Source of the DNA: Yuukianura sp. NJ FZ-2021
Taxonomy: Eukaryota
DNA: 64,000 bases
NCBI GenBank assembly: GCA_046563655.1
Contig: CM102285.1
Location: forward strand, 15,252,001-15,316,000
Direction of reading: 5' to 3'
Shown: piece after piece, positions 38,901 to 51,058 of the stretch
Layout: every line of letters starts with the position of its first letter
How positions within the stretch are numbered: position 1 is the stretch's first letter
Made by a program: the position numbers and the translations under genes
The notes under the pieces: model-generated
Told to the model about the DNA's origin: nothing
Database searches by the model: none
The model's input: the letters and a program-made list of their open reading frames with translations, nothing else

Positions 38901-41727
38901 TTCAACTATCCTATTTAAAAAATGTTTAAATCCAAGTTAAAGACGAACTTCTAATTGTCAGGAGTCTAAAATTTTACTTGATGACGAACTCCTAATTTTC
39001 AGGAAGCTCTAAAATTTTGACTTGGTGACGAACTCCTTGGGAGATCTCTAGGGTTATGGTCGATTTCTTCTTGGGAGATCTCTAGGGTTATGGTCGATTT
39101 CTTCTTGGGAGATCTCTAGGGTTATGGTCGATTTCTTCTTGGGAGATCTCTAGGGTTATGGTCGATTTCTTCTTGGGAGATCTCTAGGGTTATGGTCGAT
39201 TTCTTCTTGGGAGATCTCTAGGGTTATGGTCGATTTCTTCTTGGGAGATCTCTAGGGTTATGGTCGATTTCTTCTTGGGAGATCTCTAGGGTTATGGCCG
39301 ATTTCTTCTTGGGAGATCTCTAGGGTTATGGTCGATTTCTTCTTGGGAGATCTCTAGGGTTATGGTCGATTTCTTCTTGGGAGATCTCTAGGGTTATGGT
39401 CGATTTCTTCTTGGGAGATCTCTAGGGTTATGGTCGATTTCTTCTTGGTAGATCTCTAGGGTTATGGCCGATTTCTTCTTGGGAGATCTCTAGGGTTATG
39501 GTCGATTTCTTCTTGGGAGATCTCTAGGGTTATGGTAGATTTCTTCTTGGGAGATCTCTAGGGTTATGGTCGATTTCTTCTTGGGAGATCTCTAGGGTTA
39601 TGGTCGATTTCTTCTTGGGAGATCTCTAGGGTTATGGTCGATTTCTTCTAATTCTCAGAAATCTCTAACATTTTGACTTAATGAAAAACTTCTAATTCTC
39701 AGAAATCTCTAGCATTTTGACTTAATGAAAAACTTCTAATTCTCAGGAATCTCTAAAATTTTCACTTGGGGACGAACTCCTAATTCTCAGGAAGCTTTAA
39801 AATTTTGACTTGGTGACGAACTCCTAATTCTCAGAAATTTCTAACATTTTGACTTAATGAAAAACTGCTAATTCTCAGGAATCTCTAAAATTTTGACTTG
39901 AAGACGAACTTCTAACTCTCAGGAACTACAATTCTGACTTGGGACGAACTTCTAATTCTGAAAAAATGGCTGTAAAAATGTAAAAATTGTGTGTTTAGGG
40001 TACTACAATGGAGAGTATGTGACGAATGGATACCACTACAACGGAATGACAGGATGGCCCCACCACCAGACCCACACTCCTGCCTCCTACTACTTGACCT
40101 ACCACGGACAAGGAACAGGATCTCCCACCACTGGCCCCACCACCAGCACCTCTGGCCCCACTGCCCCACCCTACATGGAGCCACTCATGAAAGATCTCAA
40201 CAACCGGAGTCCACCCAGACTCATGATGACATACAACGGAAGTCCAGCCAACTCCGGAGGAAGCAGAACAAGCAGAGGGAGGGATGGGAAGGACTTGATC
40301 CAGTGCCCCACCCCAGGATGGTAATTCAACTCAACTACTCTTAAACTAAACCAATCTTCAACTAATTTAAATTAATGTTAAATGTTTAATTTCAGTGATG
40401 GGATGGGTCATGTGTCTGGCAACTATGCCACACACCGCAGTTTGTCTGGATGTCCGAGAGCGAACAAGCCGAAGAGCAAACCACGGGAAGGACCGGAAGC
40501 AGAGCCCCTCAGATGCCCTGTGCCCCTCTGCGACGGTGAGATTCATATAAAAGTGGATTTGAGTTCATCTAAAAATGGTATTCTGCTCAAAGGTTCAGGT
40601 CATGCCACTGGGAAGTTCCTGTCCCATCGCAGTGCTTCTGGATGCCCCATGGCCAACAGGTCAAAGGTCAGGATGGAAGACGGAAAAACATCACTGGACC
40701 CCTATTCCCCTGACCACTCAAATGGAGAACAAATGTACCACCACATCAAGGTAACAACTACATCAACACACAAATTCAAAAACCACACAAAAATACAAAC
40801 CAATACTCCAGTTTCATTTTTCTGCAAAGTTGAAAAATTCACGGAAAAAAAAATCTTACTAAATCCAAATTCAAATAAAAAATAAAGTCGGAATTCCTGT
40901 TTTCAATTTGTTTTTCCACAACTGGATTTTTTTTTGGGGGAAAGCTACAGTAAAAATACAAGTCAAATTCCAAATTTCAAAACGACTAAAATTGAAATGG
41001 AAAATTATGTGTATATTTGAATCACAATGGGTGAAAGTGAAAGTTAAGTACGAGTTGAATTTACTTCAACCTAAGACATTTCTGGGATGACGATTCAAAC
41101 GCCGAATCAAATGCATAGGGAAAAAAATGCACAATGAAAAACTGTAGTTGAAGAAATAATGTTGGTAACTTATTTAGAATTGTTTGTTGGTAGGCGGAGA
41201 ACAACAACAGCGTTTACCACGAAGTTCAACTGCAGTCTCTCCCTTCCGGAATTGAAATGCAGAAGGAGAATGTGAGGTCAGAGGTGGAGGGAGAGCGGAT
41301 TCGAACGGGGTCACTCGAACTGCGTTCCACCTCCAATGAGGGGGAGAAGGACAGCGGTGGATCAGAGAGGGGGTCATCTCACCTGTCCACCTACTACCAA
41401 AGTCTCCGCAACAATGTCATCACACTACTGGAAAACGTGAGACTTCCACAGACACAGCACTGCCCCCCGGGGCCTGGTGGCTTCCACCATTCCCACCACC
41501 AGCAGTATTCGTCGCAACAGAACCCACCCGGTGGCGTCTACCCTCCTCCGTACTACAATTACCCTGCACCAGACAATCCGCACTTTAACGACAGACATCC
41601 ACCCGAGAACTTTGACTCGTACTTGACCAAACTACAGACTCTCTGCTCCACCAACAACAATAATGGGCCCCTCCTCACCCACCCGCCCCACCACTACGAC
41701 TCCAAACCACTCCACTACGAATCATGA
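35928..41727 (+). CDS. Myt1: Myelin transcription factor 1-like (Myt1/NZF) C2HC zinc-finger protein; 11 exons (35921-36705, 36834-36861, 36921-36965, 37043-37083, 37394-38105, 38162-38437, 38818-38892, 39999-40320, 40396-40536, 40592-40750, 41194-41727); further upstream exons are possible
   Basis: Four CCHHC fingers: [81 protein letters not shown] and [27 protein letters not shown]. The Myt1-type C-terminus [19 protein letters not shown]...[14 protein letters not shown] is also present. Confidence 0.95.
38935..39960. repeat. Intronic compound minisatellite: 18 x 34-bp unit (39037-39648) nested in degenerate ~44-bp repeats
   Basis: The 34-mer is TTGGGAGATCTCTAGGGTTATGGTCGATTTCTTC (39071 to 39241 spans 5 units). 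The flanking unit is CTAATTCTCAGGAATCTCTAAAATTTTGACTTGGTGACGAACT(C/T). Confidence 0.95.
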
Positions 41728-42091
41728 AACCAAACACAAACATTCACAATTGTAAAAGGGAATAGGAGCTTTGGAAAAAAAAATGTCGGATCCAGAATAG
41801 TTGTTTGAAGCTAAGTAGCTGAATGGACAAAGTTTGTCCCGCTGGAAGCTACTGTCTGGAAGGAAGAGCTTTGACACAACAAAAGTAGTGACTAGTGACT
41901 CTGTGCTTAACTTAAGTTAAACTAGTTATGTTAATTTTGCACTGGACATTCAGTGTGTAGTTTAAGATGTGCTGCCCACTGCAGGGCCTCCAGGAGTGAA
42001 CCGTAGTCAAAGGAGCAACTAAGATCTTCCTCACTTGAGTAGATGAAAAATAGAGAGTAAAAGTACAATCATTCCCAAATGGTTTATTGTT

Positions 42092-43691
42092 CTAGTAAGA
42101 AAATGGTTTGGAGACAGGCGTGTGTATGGATTGGAAGAGGTTAGTGCGAGAGTAGTGGTTGTGGAAGGGATGTTGCGACAAGGATTGCTGCGTGCAGTCA
42201 AAGAGCTGCTCAAAGGAGATCTTGAACCCTGACCTCTCCACACTTTCGTCCGAGTGAAAGTGGAACTTGAGAGAGGTGGCTCCAGGCTGGAACTTGGCAA
42301 TCCCTACAACCACACACTTTGTGAGCACCAGAACAAAGTTTGAATTGAAAGTACTTGCATGAGAATCTGAAGTTGCCGCAGAGGAAGCCGCAGCCGGGGA
42401 GATGAAAAAAGTCGAGACAGGCCCCACCTAGCTGCGTCTGCTGAGGAAAGTCCAGGTCAAAGGCCAACACTCGCATTTGAATTCCGCAAGTGAACGGAGA
42501 CTCCCTTCATGGAAACAGAAAGTGAGTAAATGGACAAATAGAGTTGTATTTAGTTAGGGGGTGTAAATCCGGATATTTGTTCCGGATGTAAATTCGGATT
42601 TTTAATCCGGAAATAAATTCGGATTTTTATTTTGGAAATAAATCCGGATTTTTTTTTCCAGATGTAACTTCGACTGTTTTTGTTGGTTGCGGATTTAAAT
42701 CCGAATTTTTCAATAAAAAATCGTGAAAATCTGAATTTTTCAATAAAAATTCGTCAAAATCTGAATTTTTCAATAAAAATTCATCAAAATCCGAAATGGG
42801 GATTTGGAGAAAGCGATGACGGATTTACACCTCTAGTCGAATGAATTTGACCTGATGAATTCGTAGACGCAGTCTAGATTGGGTGGGTACTTGTGTGGGA
42901 AGAAGGGAGAGTTGATGGAGCCCTTCCTGTCAGTGACTTGCGTGAAGCAGGGGACTGGAGGAGGGAAGGGTCCTGGGATGGAGGACACTGGAGGGTCCCA
43001 GTAGATTCCATTCCCACATCTCCTCAGCACCTTGTACTGCACCTTGAAACCCGGGTAGCCACTCGAGTTGTCCGAGTGGAATAAGAGCCGAAAAGCATCT
43101 GCAGATCCATGGAACGGGTACTCGTCTGCCAATAACACAAATCCACTTCTACTTCTTGAAAAGAAGATGTTATAACATCTTTTATAAAAGATGGACTCAC
43201 AAGTGGCTCCAGTTTGGTTGCCGCAGAACCTGGCCCCCCCTTCGGGGACGCAGGAGTCGATGGCTAGCCAGTCCTTCTTGCAGAATCCGTCATAGGGGTC
43301 AGGGGGTTCAAGGTCAAAGACCTCGACTGAAACAGACACAAGTGAGAGAAGAGAGTGGCGACAAGAGACAAAAGAAATAAGTTACATGTGAGTTGGATGC
43401 CGCAGATGTCGGCGGAGGGTCTTGCGATGTCGTAGACGCAGTGCTGACTCAGTGGGTAGTTGGAGGGGTAGTTTGGGGAGAGGATGACTCCCTCTGCACT
43501 CGCAAAGATCCTGTGGCAAGAGATGAAGTGACCTACGCAACAGTAACACTCAAATTCCTATTCCTCTCTACTTTCGGATTTCAATTCTTACCATGTTCTG
43601 ATCCACCCACTGACCCCAAGAGAGTGAAAAGTGAAAGCACAAGGACCTCCATGGAACACCAGTCGCTCCAAGTCCTTTCTCCACCTACCAT
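42092..43691 (-). CDS. Secreted protein with two CUB domains and no protease domain or TM segment; 6 exons (43691 or 43652-43592, ~43532-43386, ~43326-43201, ~43125-42852, ~42504-42359, 42303-42092)
   Basis: Signal peptide MEVLVLSLFTLLGSVGG. CUB motifs: CHRIFASAEGVILSPNYPSNYPLSQHCVYDI, FHSDNSSGYPGFKVQY, GSINSPFFPHKYPPNLDCVYEF and FHFHSDESVERSGFKISFEQ. Confidence 0.88.
42555..42835. mobile_element. Intronic MITE with TAG(G/A)GGTGTAAATCCG TIRs (hAT-like ends)
   Basis: TAGGGGGTGTAAATCCG ... CGGATTTACACCTCTA, with internal AATCCGGA/TCGGATT motifs and three ~30-bp repeats. No clean 8-bp TSD is visible. Confidence 0.7.
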
Positions 43692-45371
43692 CTTCCTCAA
43701 AGGAATTTAATTTCCGGTTGCCCCATCCACGTTTTCAAGTGTCCAAGGAAATAACAAACCTTCCTTCCACATCTTCTGATCAAGAAACCATTTTTGGACC
43801 ACTATTCACTAACTTTTCCCAAACACCTCAAAAATAAACAATTTGTGAGTGACTGGCGTTGGACTTGGAATGAATCCCTCAACTAGACACTGTTTGGTTC
43901 CAGTTGTAGATTGTTGTAAATTGACTTTGGAGTGAATTGGGGTTGAAAGTAAAGACTCGAGTGTGAGAGTGTTTGATTTGAAGTGTTGGTGTGTGTTTTG
44001 AGGAAAACGAAGTGAAAGAGATCCGGTTTGCTAAGGAGTAATTGCAGTGACACGTTGGTTGTAAATGGGACAGTCCAAGTGGGTCACTCACCAAACCACC
44101 CTCAAATCAAAAGTCAATCAACCCCCACCCTCATCCCTCTCTCACTCTCTCCAAAAAACATCGTGAGTCCAGACTAGCCATCCAAAGTAAGGAAAACACC
44201 ACATTCTCCATCCTGCCTCCAACTGTAGTTGAGGTCGCATCAAATCCTCTGCCTAACTGAGTCTCTACGTGCTTGTAATCCCAGTCACAAGTGGATAAGT
44301 TTCCACAGAGGAGGTTTACAATTGGAAATTGTGACAAAGGGTGAGGATGCCATTGAAAGTCTAAATTCGTATTTGAAGTTGTCATGCGATCAAGAGTGGA
44401 AGTGAGCTGGACACGGATGGGTAGAGTGGTTGAAAGCGACAGAAACGTCGATGGCTGTGGAGTGCAGATTCCAGGGGTTTGATTGTTGCAGGGGGAGTGG
44501 GGAGGTTGAGAGAATTGAGGAGATGGAGAGATGTGCAAGGAACAGTTGACACTTGACCATTCCACCTCAACACAGCAACAATTACACTCTTTCTCCTCAT
44601 TTTCCCAACATTCTGTAGGTGAAAAGTGAAAGTGAGTTTGTGGCATTCATCCAAACATTCTTAAGGCTGCCCCTCCCATGGATTCAAAACCATCAACCTA
44701 GTCTCACACACTGTGGTAAGACAAATAGATTTCAACATTCTACTCAATATCCAATATGAAATTCAGAAATTCCACTCAAAACCAACTTTTTGTCCAAATG
44801 TTGAAGAAAGAGAAGCGAGAGGTTTGAATTTCATTGGAAACTGGAGGTTGCCATTTTGGAATTTAATTGACGTGGAATCCCAAAGTATAGTTTCTTTTAA
44901 TGCGAAGTTGATTATGGGCACTTATTCTCTGTTTCATAAAAAGGAAACTGGAATGAGATCATGGCCAATTCTTAATTCCTTCGTTTTTACGATTCGTGAA
45001 AGAGGCGTTGATGAAGTTAGAAGTGAATCCTGTTGAACGTGACAAATGGATCTCAAAGTCACGACCAAGTACGTGCTGCTCTTTAATGCACCTCAGCCAT
45101 AAAACAAAGGGTCCTGGTGAGTCACTCTGGACAAGAGTAGAGGTCACACATACTTTCCTCGGAAGAGGAGCAGTTAAGTGGGCACTTGGGACCACTTCAT
45201 CTGCTCTTCCATTCTGATGGAAAGTGAGGAGGGATTCCTCCTTCTCAATCACTCCACTTTGTACTTTTGTTTATGTTCAACAAAGACCTCATAACTCCTC
45301 ATTGTTTGACAGAACAACACAAATGAACCCACTCCAGTCACACAGTTCCTGACAAGTGCCTCTGACCCACC

Positions 45372-48300
45372 ATGACAGTGTCCTACACGGGAGATGTGGC
45401 CAACGGAAGCAGTTTCGGATGCTTCTGGAAGATTCTGCACAGGTAACCATCCAACATTCTATCTTTTCTAAAAGGCTTAACCAACATGACCAGTTTATGA
45501 CGATAGCAATTCAAACTGCGTATTATTACTTCCTACCATTATTATCCCAAACCATAATTTACTTTGTCCAAAATCACATTCAACAAAATCATCTTCATTC
45601 GCTCTAACTTCAAACCTAAACATTGAGAATCCCTATGATCTGGAATGAACCTTGGATTTGGAAGTGTATGGGAAAGGATGACCTTGTGTCAAGAGGAATG
45701 CAGAGTTAGAGGTTCCGTGGGTGTTTGGGGAGAAAAGTTACAAGTGAAATGTGCTTTCTAGCGGTGCTTTACATTTCCCTTGAAAGTGGATTTTAAAGAC
45801 CATTTAAGGGATAGTTGAGAGGAATTGTGTGGGATTGAGCCTAAATTCCTCAAGGTGACAAGGGACATTGACCTTGTTCGAAATTCCTCACTTTCCTCTC
45901 AACACAACACAAAGTGACGCCACAAGTCTCCCTAAAGCGGAACCAATTCAACTACGCTGACCTGACCTCTCTCGCTGACCTTGTGGAGGTCAAGCCTCTG
46001 AATGACTCATTTCCCTTGCTCAATGTTCAATGTCACCCGCTTTTCCTTGAGTTAACATTGAAAGTACAAATTAAATTAGATTTATTTAATTAAAAGAGGG
46101 TGTAACTCATTTAAATGTGTGTTTTCAGATGGAAGGGGAGTGTGTACAAGTTGATTTGGCGAGAACTGCTGGCCTACCTGTTCCTCTACTTTATCTTCAA
46201 CCTCATCTACAGATTTGGCATGGACAAGGAGCAGAGAGAGTGAGAACTTTTAAAGTGCCAAGGTCAAAGGTCAAGGATTAAAAGTGAATTTGAATTTTAG
46301 GAGTTTTGAGAAGGTGAAAGTGTACTGCAGCAAGCAGATCGAGAGCATCCCGATGTCCTTTGTGTTGGGGTTCTACGTGTCACTGATCGTGAAGCGATGG
46401 TGGGAGCAGTACTGGCTCCTCCCTCAGCCAGACAACCTCGCTCTCTACATCAGCTCATCTCTCCATGGACAGGTACTACCCTTGACCTCTAATATTCACT
46501 TTTACTAAGAAAGTCCATTGTCTCCCCACAATCAATCATTAGAGTGACAAGACTCTTGAGTCGATTGTTCTGCCTCTGTTGTTGAGGTGTCCAAACTCCT
46601 GTTCCAAATTCCATTGTTCACTTCCCAGAACAATCAACAAAAAACATCCACGTTTTAATTACACAACCACCAATTCCACCGGACACTACGCTTCAACTCC
46701 AAAATCTAAACTACACACTCAATTACTCAATTCTGCACAGGAACACTTTCAGCAGGGTTCCACATTCCTTTCCACATACAAAAAATTAAAAATCACCAAT
46801 TTTGGTGTAACCAAGATGTAAAAAAATCAATTAATTTAATCGTTGACAAAAAGAATGAATTAATGAAGTTGCTTTAAAAGAAAACCGCCCTTAATATTAG
46901 TTTGATGAATTTAGAGTTGTAGTTTCCAAGAAAATGAAAAGCGAGGTGTGAAATGGAGGATGTGAATGTTGGTTGAGTGGCTGTGAATGGTCAAGTGGCA
47001 GAATGCAATAAATGTTGTTCCATTTAAGGACCCTTAACGGTATCAACCCAAACCAGGAAATTAACCAAACAATCCAAATACACAAACACTCAATCACTCA
47101 GCTCCACTCTGAAATTGACACACCAATTACATTGTCATGACTTACAAAAATAGACATTCTCAATAGACATTTGTCAAAGAATGGAAGAGAAGAACTGCCA
47201 AGGTTGATTGTGTCATCAGGGGATTCCAATCTAAAATCATGCACATCCATTACCACATTTTCCAACTGCAATCTCAACTTTATAGCCTTTCGAATTGTGT
47301 CACTCTCCAAATTCATCCCCCTTTAAGTGTCAAATGGGAATTAAAGGAGGTGGAGATGGGTGAATGACAAGTTCAAACAATTATACCGTTGCCCTGTTTG
47401 ACTTCCTAACCTCACAATGCAGTTGAGAAGTGGGTGCTAATTGAATGTTTTGTTTGCGTAACAGGATGAGCGTGGCAGAATCCTCAGACGCACAATCATG
47501 CGCTACACCATGCTCGCCTTCATCATCACCCTCCAACGCATCAGTTTCCGCGTCAAGAAAAGATTTCCATCTCTCCAGCACTTAGTGGACGCAGGTAACT
47601 GAAAGTGATTCCAGGAATTGACACACCCTCATTCAACATCTCACTAATTTATTAACCTGCTCTCCACGCGTGCCTTCAAAGATGAAACTTAAAAGTGGAA
47701 AAGTGTTTGACAACAATTGGGCAATTCCACACAACCTTGGTTCAATTGAGTATAAGAATCCTTTCATGTGGAAATGTTGACAAATGCAAATCCCCCAGCC
47801 ATTCGGAGACAAATGGCCCTGACTAATACAACTTCTGCACAATTTCTCTCCTCGCTTCATTAACGCCATTAATTATTGCACTTTTTAGAACGAAGATTGA
47901 TTGGGGGAGGCCACCCCTCGGCACAAATTGCCAATTCACGCCAATTCATGACTCGTTTCCCCACCACTTTTTATAAGGAAATCTTCTTCTGCCTTCAACC
48001 ATTCCCAGACTTCAAAGTCACGGCGGCTGCAATTACCAAATTCCAAATTAACTCTCAACGCTTTGTTTTCCTCCGTGTGGAGATGAAGTGTCCAAGTGCC
48101 AAATAATTAAACGCCATTCATCCCATTCACACAAAAGAGACATGCAAAGACTTAGGCTACACAATCCCTCTATTCTTTCACGTTCAAGCGTCATAGACAG
48201 TCAAAAAAACAATTTAAAGATGCATTTCCGCCTTTTAAGGACAGAAACTTAATAAGAAAAAAAAAATAGAATTTGACAAACAAAACCTCCTTCGGGGATG

Positions 48301-51058
48301 CGAAAATTGTTGGGTCCAGTTTCAGAGTTTCACGCTTCGGAATGGCGTGAAGCGTCGTAAAAATTAAAAAAAAAGAGAGAAAACAAATTTCGAAAAATTT
48401 GACAAAAAATAAGTTTCTCAACGAAATCCGAGAAATTCTAAAAGTCCAGTGCGAAAATTTCAAAAAATATTTTTGTTGCCTAATTCAACTCATAGTGAAA
48501 CAACAAGTTTTAAACGGGTCTGGGGTGCGTCCTTGCTAAATTTGTTAATGCTGTCCTTGAATACTTGTAGGTCTGATGATGGAGAGTGAGAAGAAGATCT
48601 TTGACAAGTTTGAGGAGAAGACGACAGTGTCCAAGTTCTGGATGCCGACAGTGTGGGCCTCCAACTTGGTCAACCGAGCGAGACTCGAAGGGCGCATTCA
48701 GTCAGACCAAATGCTCCAGACCATCATCATGGAACTGTCTGACTTTAGACGTCTCCTGGGCAGAGTCATGATCTACGACACTGTCAGCGTGCCCCTCGTC
48801 TACACTCAGGTACCCTTAAGTCTTAAGTCCCCCCTGGAAACATTTTCAATTTGTCTGTTTTAGGTCGTGACCCTGGCAGTGTACACCTACTTCATCGCAG
48901 CCCTGTTCGGAAGGCAATGGGTTCATCCGGATGACGACGCAAGTAGGACGCGGATCTACCCAGGATATGAACTGGATCTCTACTTCCCCATCTTCCTCTC
49001 ACTTCAGGTACTCAAAAACTCAACTTTCTCCACATTCCAAGAAATCCCACTGTTTTTCTAAGAAAAACGTTTGATTGTGACTACATGTGTGTGTGTTTTA
49101 GTTTATTTTCTACGTGGGGTGGCTCAAAGTGGCAGAGACGCTCATCAACCCCTTCGGAGAAGATGACGATGACTTTGAACTCAACTGGCTCATCGACAGA
49201 CACATTCAGGTAACTAACTGGTTTGACCACTTCCTAAACACAGGAATTAACTGAGACTGTATTAGGTGTCCTACATGGTGGTGGATGAGATGCACGAGGA
49301 GCATCCCGAACTTTTAAGAGACCAGTATTGGGAGCAAGTCGTTCCAGCCGAACTGCCCTACAACCACGCTTCAGGTCAATTCAGAAGAAAAGAACCGCAG
49401 GGGTCAACGGCCTCCATGAAAATCAAAGCAAGTGAATCCGTCTACGACAACCTCCCAGCAGGAAAGAGACACTCCAGCGTCATTCCGGACGAAGTCTATG
49501 CTGATCTGGTACTACTTTCCACCAGCAATACTTTTTCTACAAAAGTATTTCGGAGAAAGTTAGAAATGAATTTGTGGTTTTAGGAAAGTGTGGCCGAGTC
49601 TCCGTTGGGCGACAACCGGAAGACGTGGATTCAGCGCCAACTGTCGCGAGTCGAGAGTTTTCGCTCCAACTCTTCCTCTTCTTCTCTCTTTGGGAAAAAC
49701 AGAGTGCACCAGCTACACAACAACGGCGGACTGCCGAGTGTCGTCAAGAATTCGGGACAACGTATGTCCATCTACGACAAACTCATGAATCGTCGCTCAT
49801 CCAAGGACAAAAGTGCACCAAGGGTCCCTTCAAGGGCTCTCCCCAATGGCACTCTACCGCCCATGGACACACTCTTGACGCCACAAGCAAGGTACAACAC
49901 TTCCATTTCTCATTTCGCAAATGATCGACCTACATTTATTTGAAGAATCAAACATGCAACCGATTAAAGTTTAAATGAAGTAGCTGACCTCACTCTATTT
50001 TCCAAATGACACAGTCATTAACCTCTCTCATTAAAACCATTCTAACTCTACCAGTAAATTACCAATTTAGTAAATCAAATTAAATTCAAGTTGCTTTTTA
50101 AACTTTTGAATTTTTTTGTAATTCCAGACCACGCGTCCCAACGCCTGACGTAGCAAAGGAAACGCAAATCAGCCTAACAACCCCTGGTGGAGACAACATC
50201 CCCCTCGCAGGAAAACTGCACAAGAACATCAACGTCAAACCATCTCCTGCGACACTTCCTAGCGTCACTCCAAATGTCTACTCCCTCAGTGCAGTCAGTT
50301 CCAATGGAATTCCGCACGGAGTCAAACCAATCATCCAAATCAACAACCAAAACAGACTCAGCTCATCCCCCTCCCCACCTCCGTCCAACATTGACCTGTC
50401 TGAGGCCCACCTCATGCTGAGCCCCATCGAGGAGGGCGATGGCTCTCCCTACTCCACCAGCTCCACCAACAGAAGTTCCAAAAGCACTCACCCCACCACG
50501 TCCTCCATCTTCCCCAGAAAAGCCTCTCCCCCTCCGCCCACTTCTCAGTTACCACCCCTCCCCCCTCAATCCTCATCTTCAAGTGAAACGAGTCCTAATG
50601 CAGCTCTTAGAGCCCTTGACAGTGTCGTCCAGTCCACTACTGACGGAGGGGCGAGTGAAAGCGACAGTGACGACCCCTACCAAACGATTTCTGAAGTGAG
50701 TGATGCCAAGGCAGAGTACTTGAGGACTGTGCCCTTAAGAGAACATAATGGCAGGAGACTGTCCAAGGAGAAGCAGGAACTCATGCTCAAGAAACTGAAA
50801 GGGATGACTTCCAAGGCGAGTCAAGCGTCCATGCAAAGACAGACTTCTGCCGAGGAGACTGCAGTGCCCAATCGTCAGCGCAGAAACTCCCTTCCGGATG
50901 AACTGCGTCACTCTGTGTCTCAATCTACTCTAAGCGATTCCTCAGACAAGTGCACCAACACTGAAGCTGACTTTTGCAATAACAACATGACTACCAAAAA
51001 CCAAGATCAACCCCAAACCGAACAAGATCCTTCCGTTAAAACTGAAGTTTTTGTCTAA
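45372..51058 (+). CDS. Best: Bestrophin (Ca2+-activated chloride channel family); 10 exons (45372-45442, 46129-46239, 46301-46472, 47465-47595, 48571-48809, 48864-49007, 49102-49209, 49266-49508, 49584-49891, 50128-51058)
   Basis: Family motifs: [106 protein letters not shown]. Confidence 0.97.

Noticed and set aside
39037..39648. 34-bp repeat of CRISPR-like length containing TAGGGTTA, which resembles a telomeric motif
   Set aside because: There are no spacers, and the motif is one partial copy per unit rather than a telomeric tract.
42210..42476. Apparent frameshift or pseudogene in the CUB gene
   Set aside because: It is resolved by a 55-nt GC-AG intron.
48190..48530. Compositionally distinct segment in a bestrophin intron, possibly a TE remnant
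   Set aside because: I could not identify TIRs, a TSD or coding similarity.
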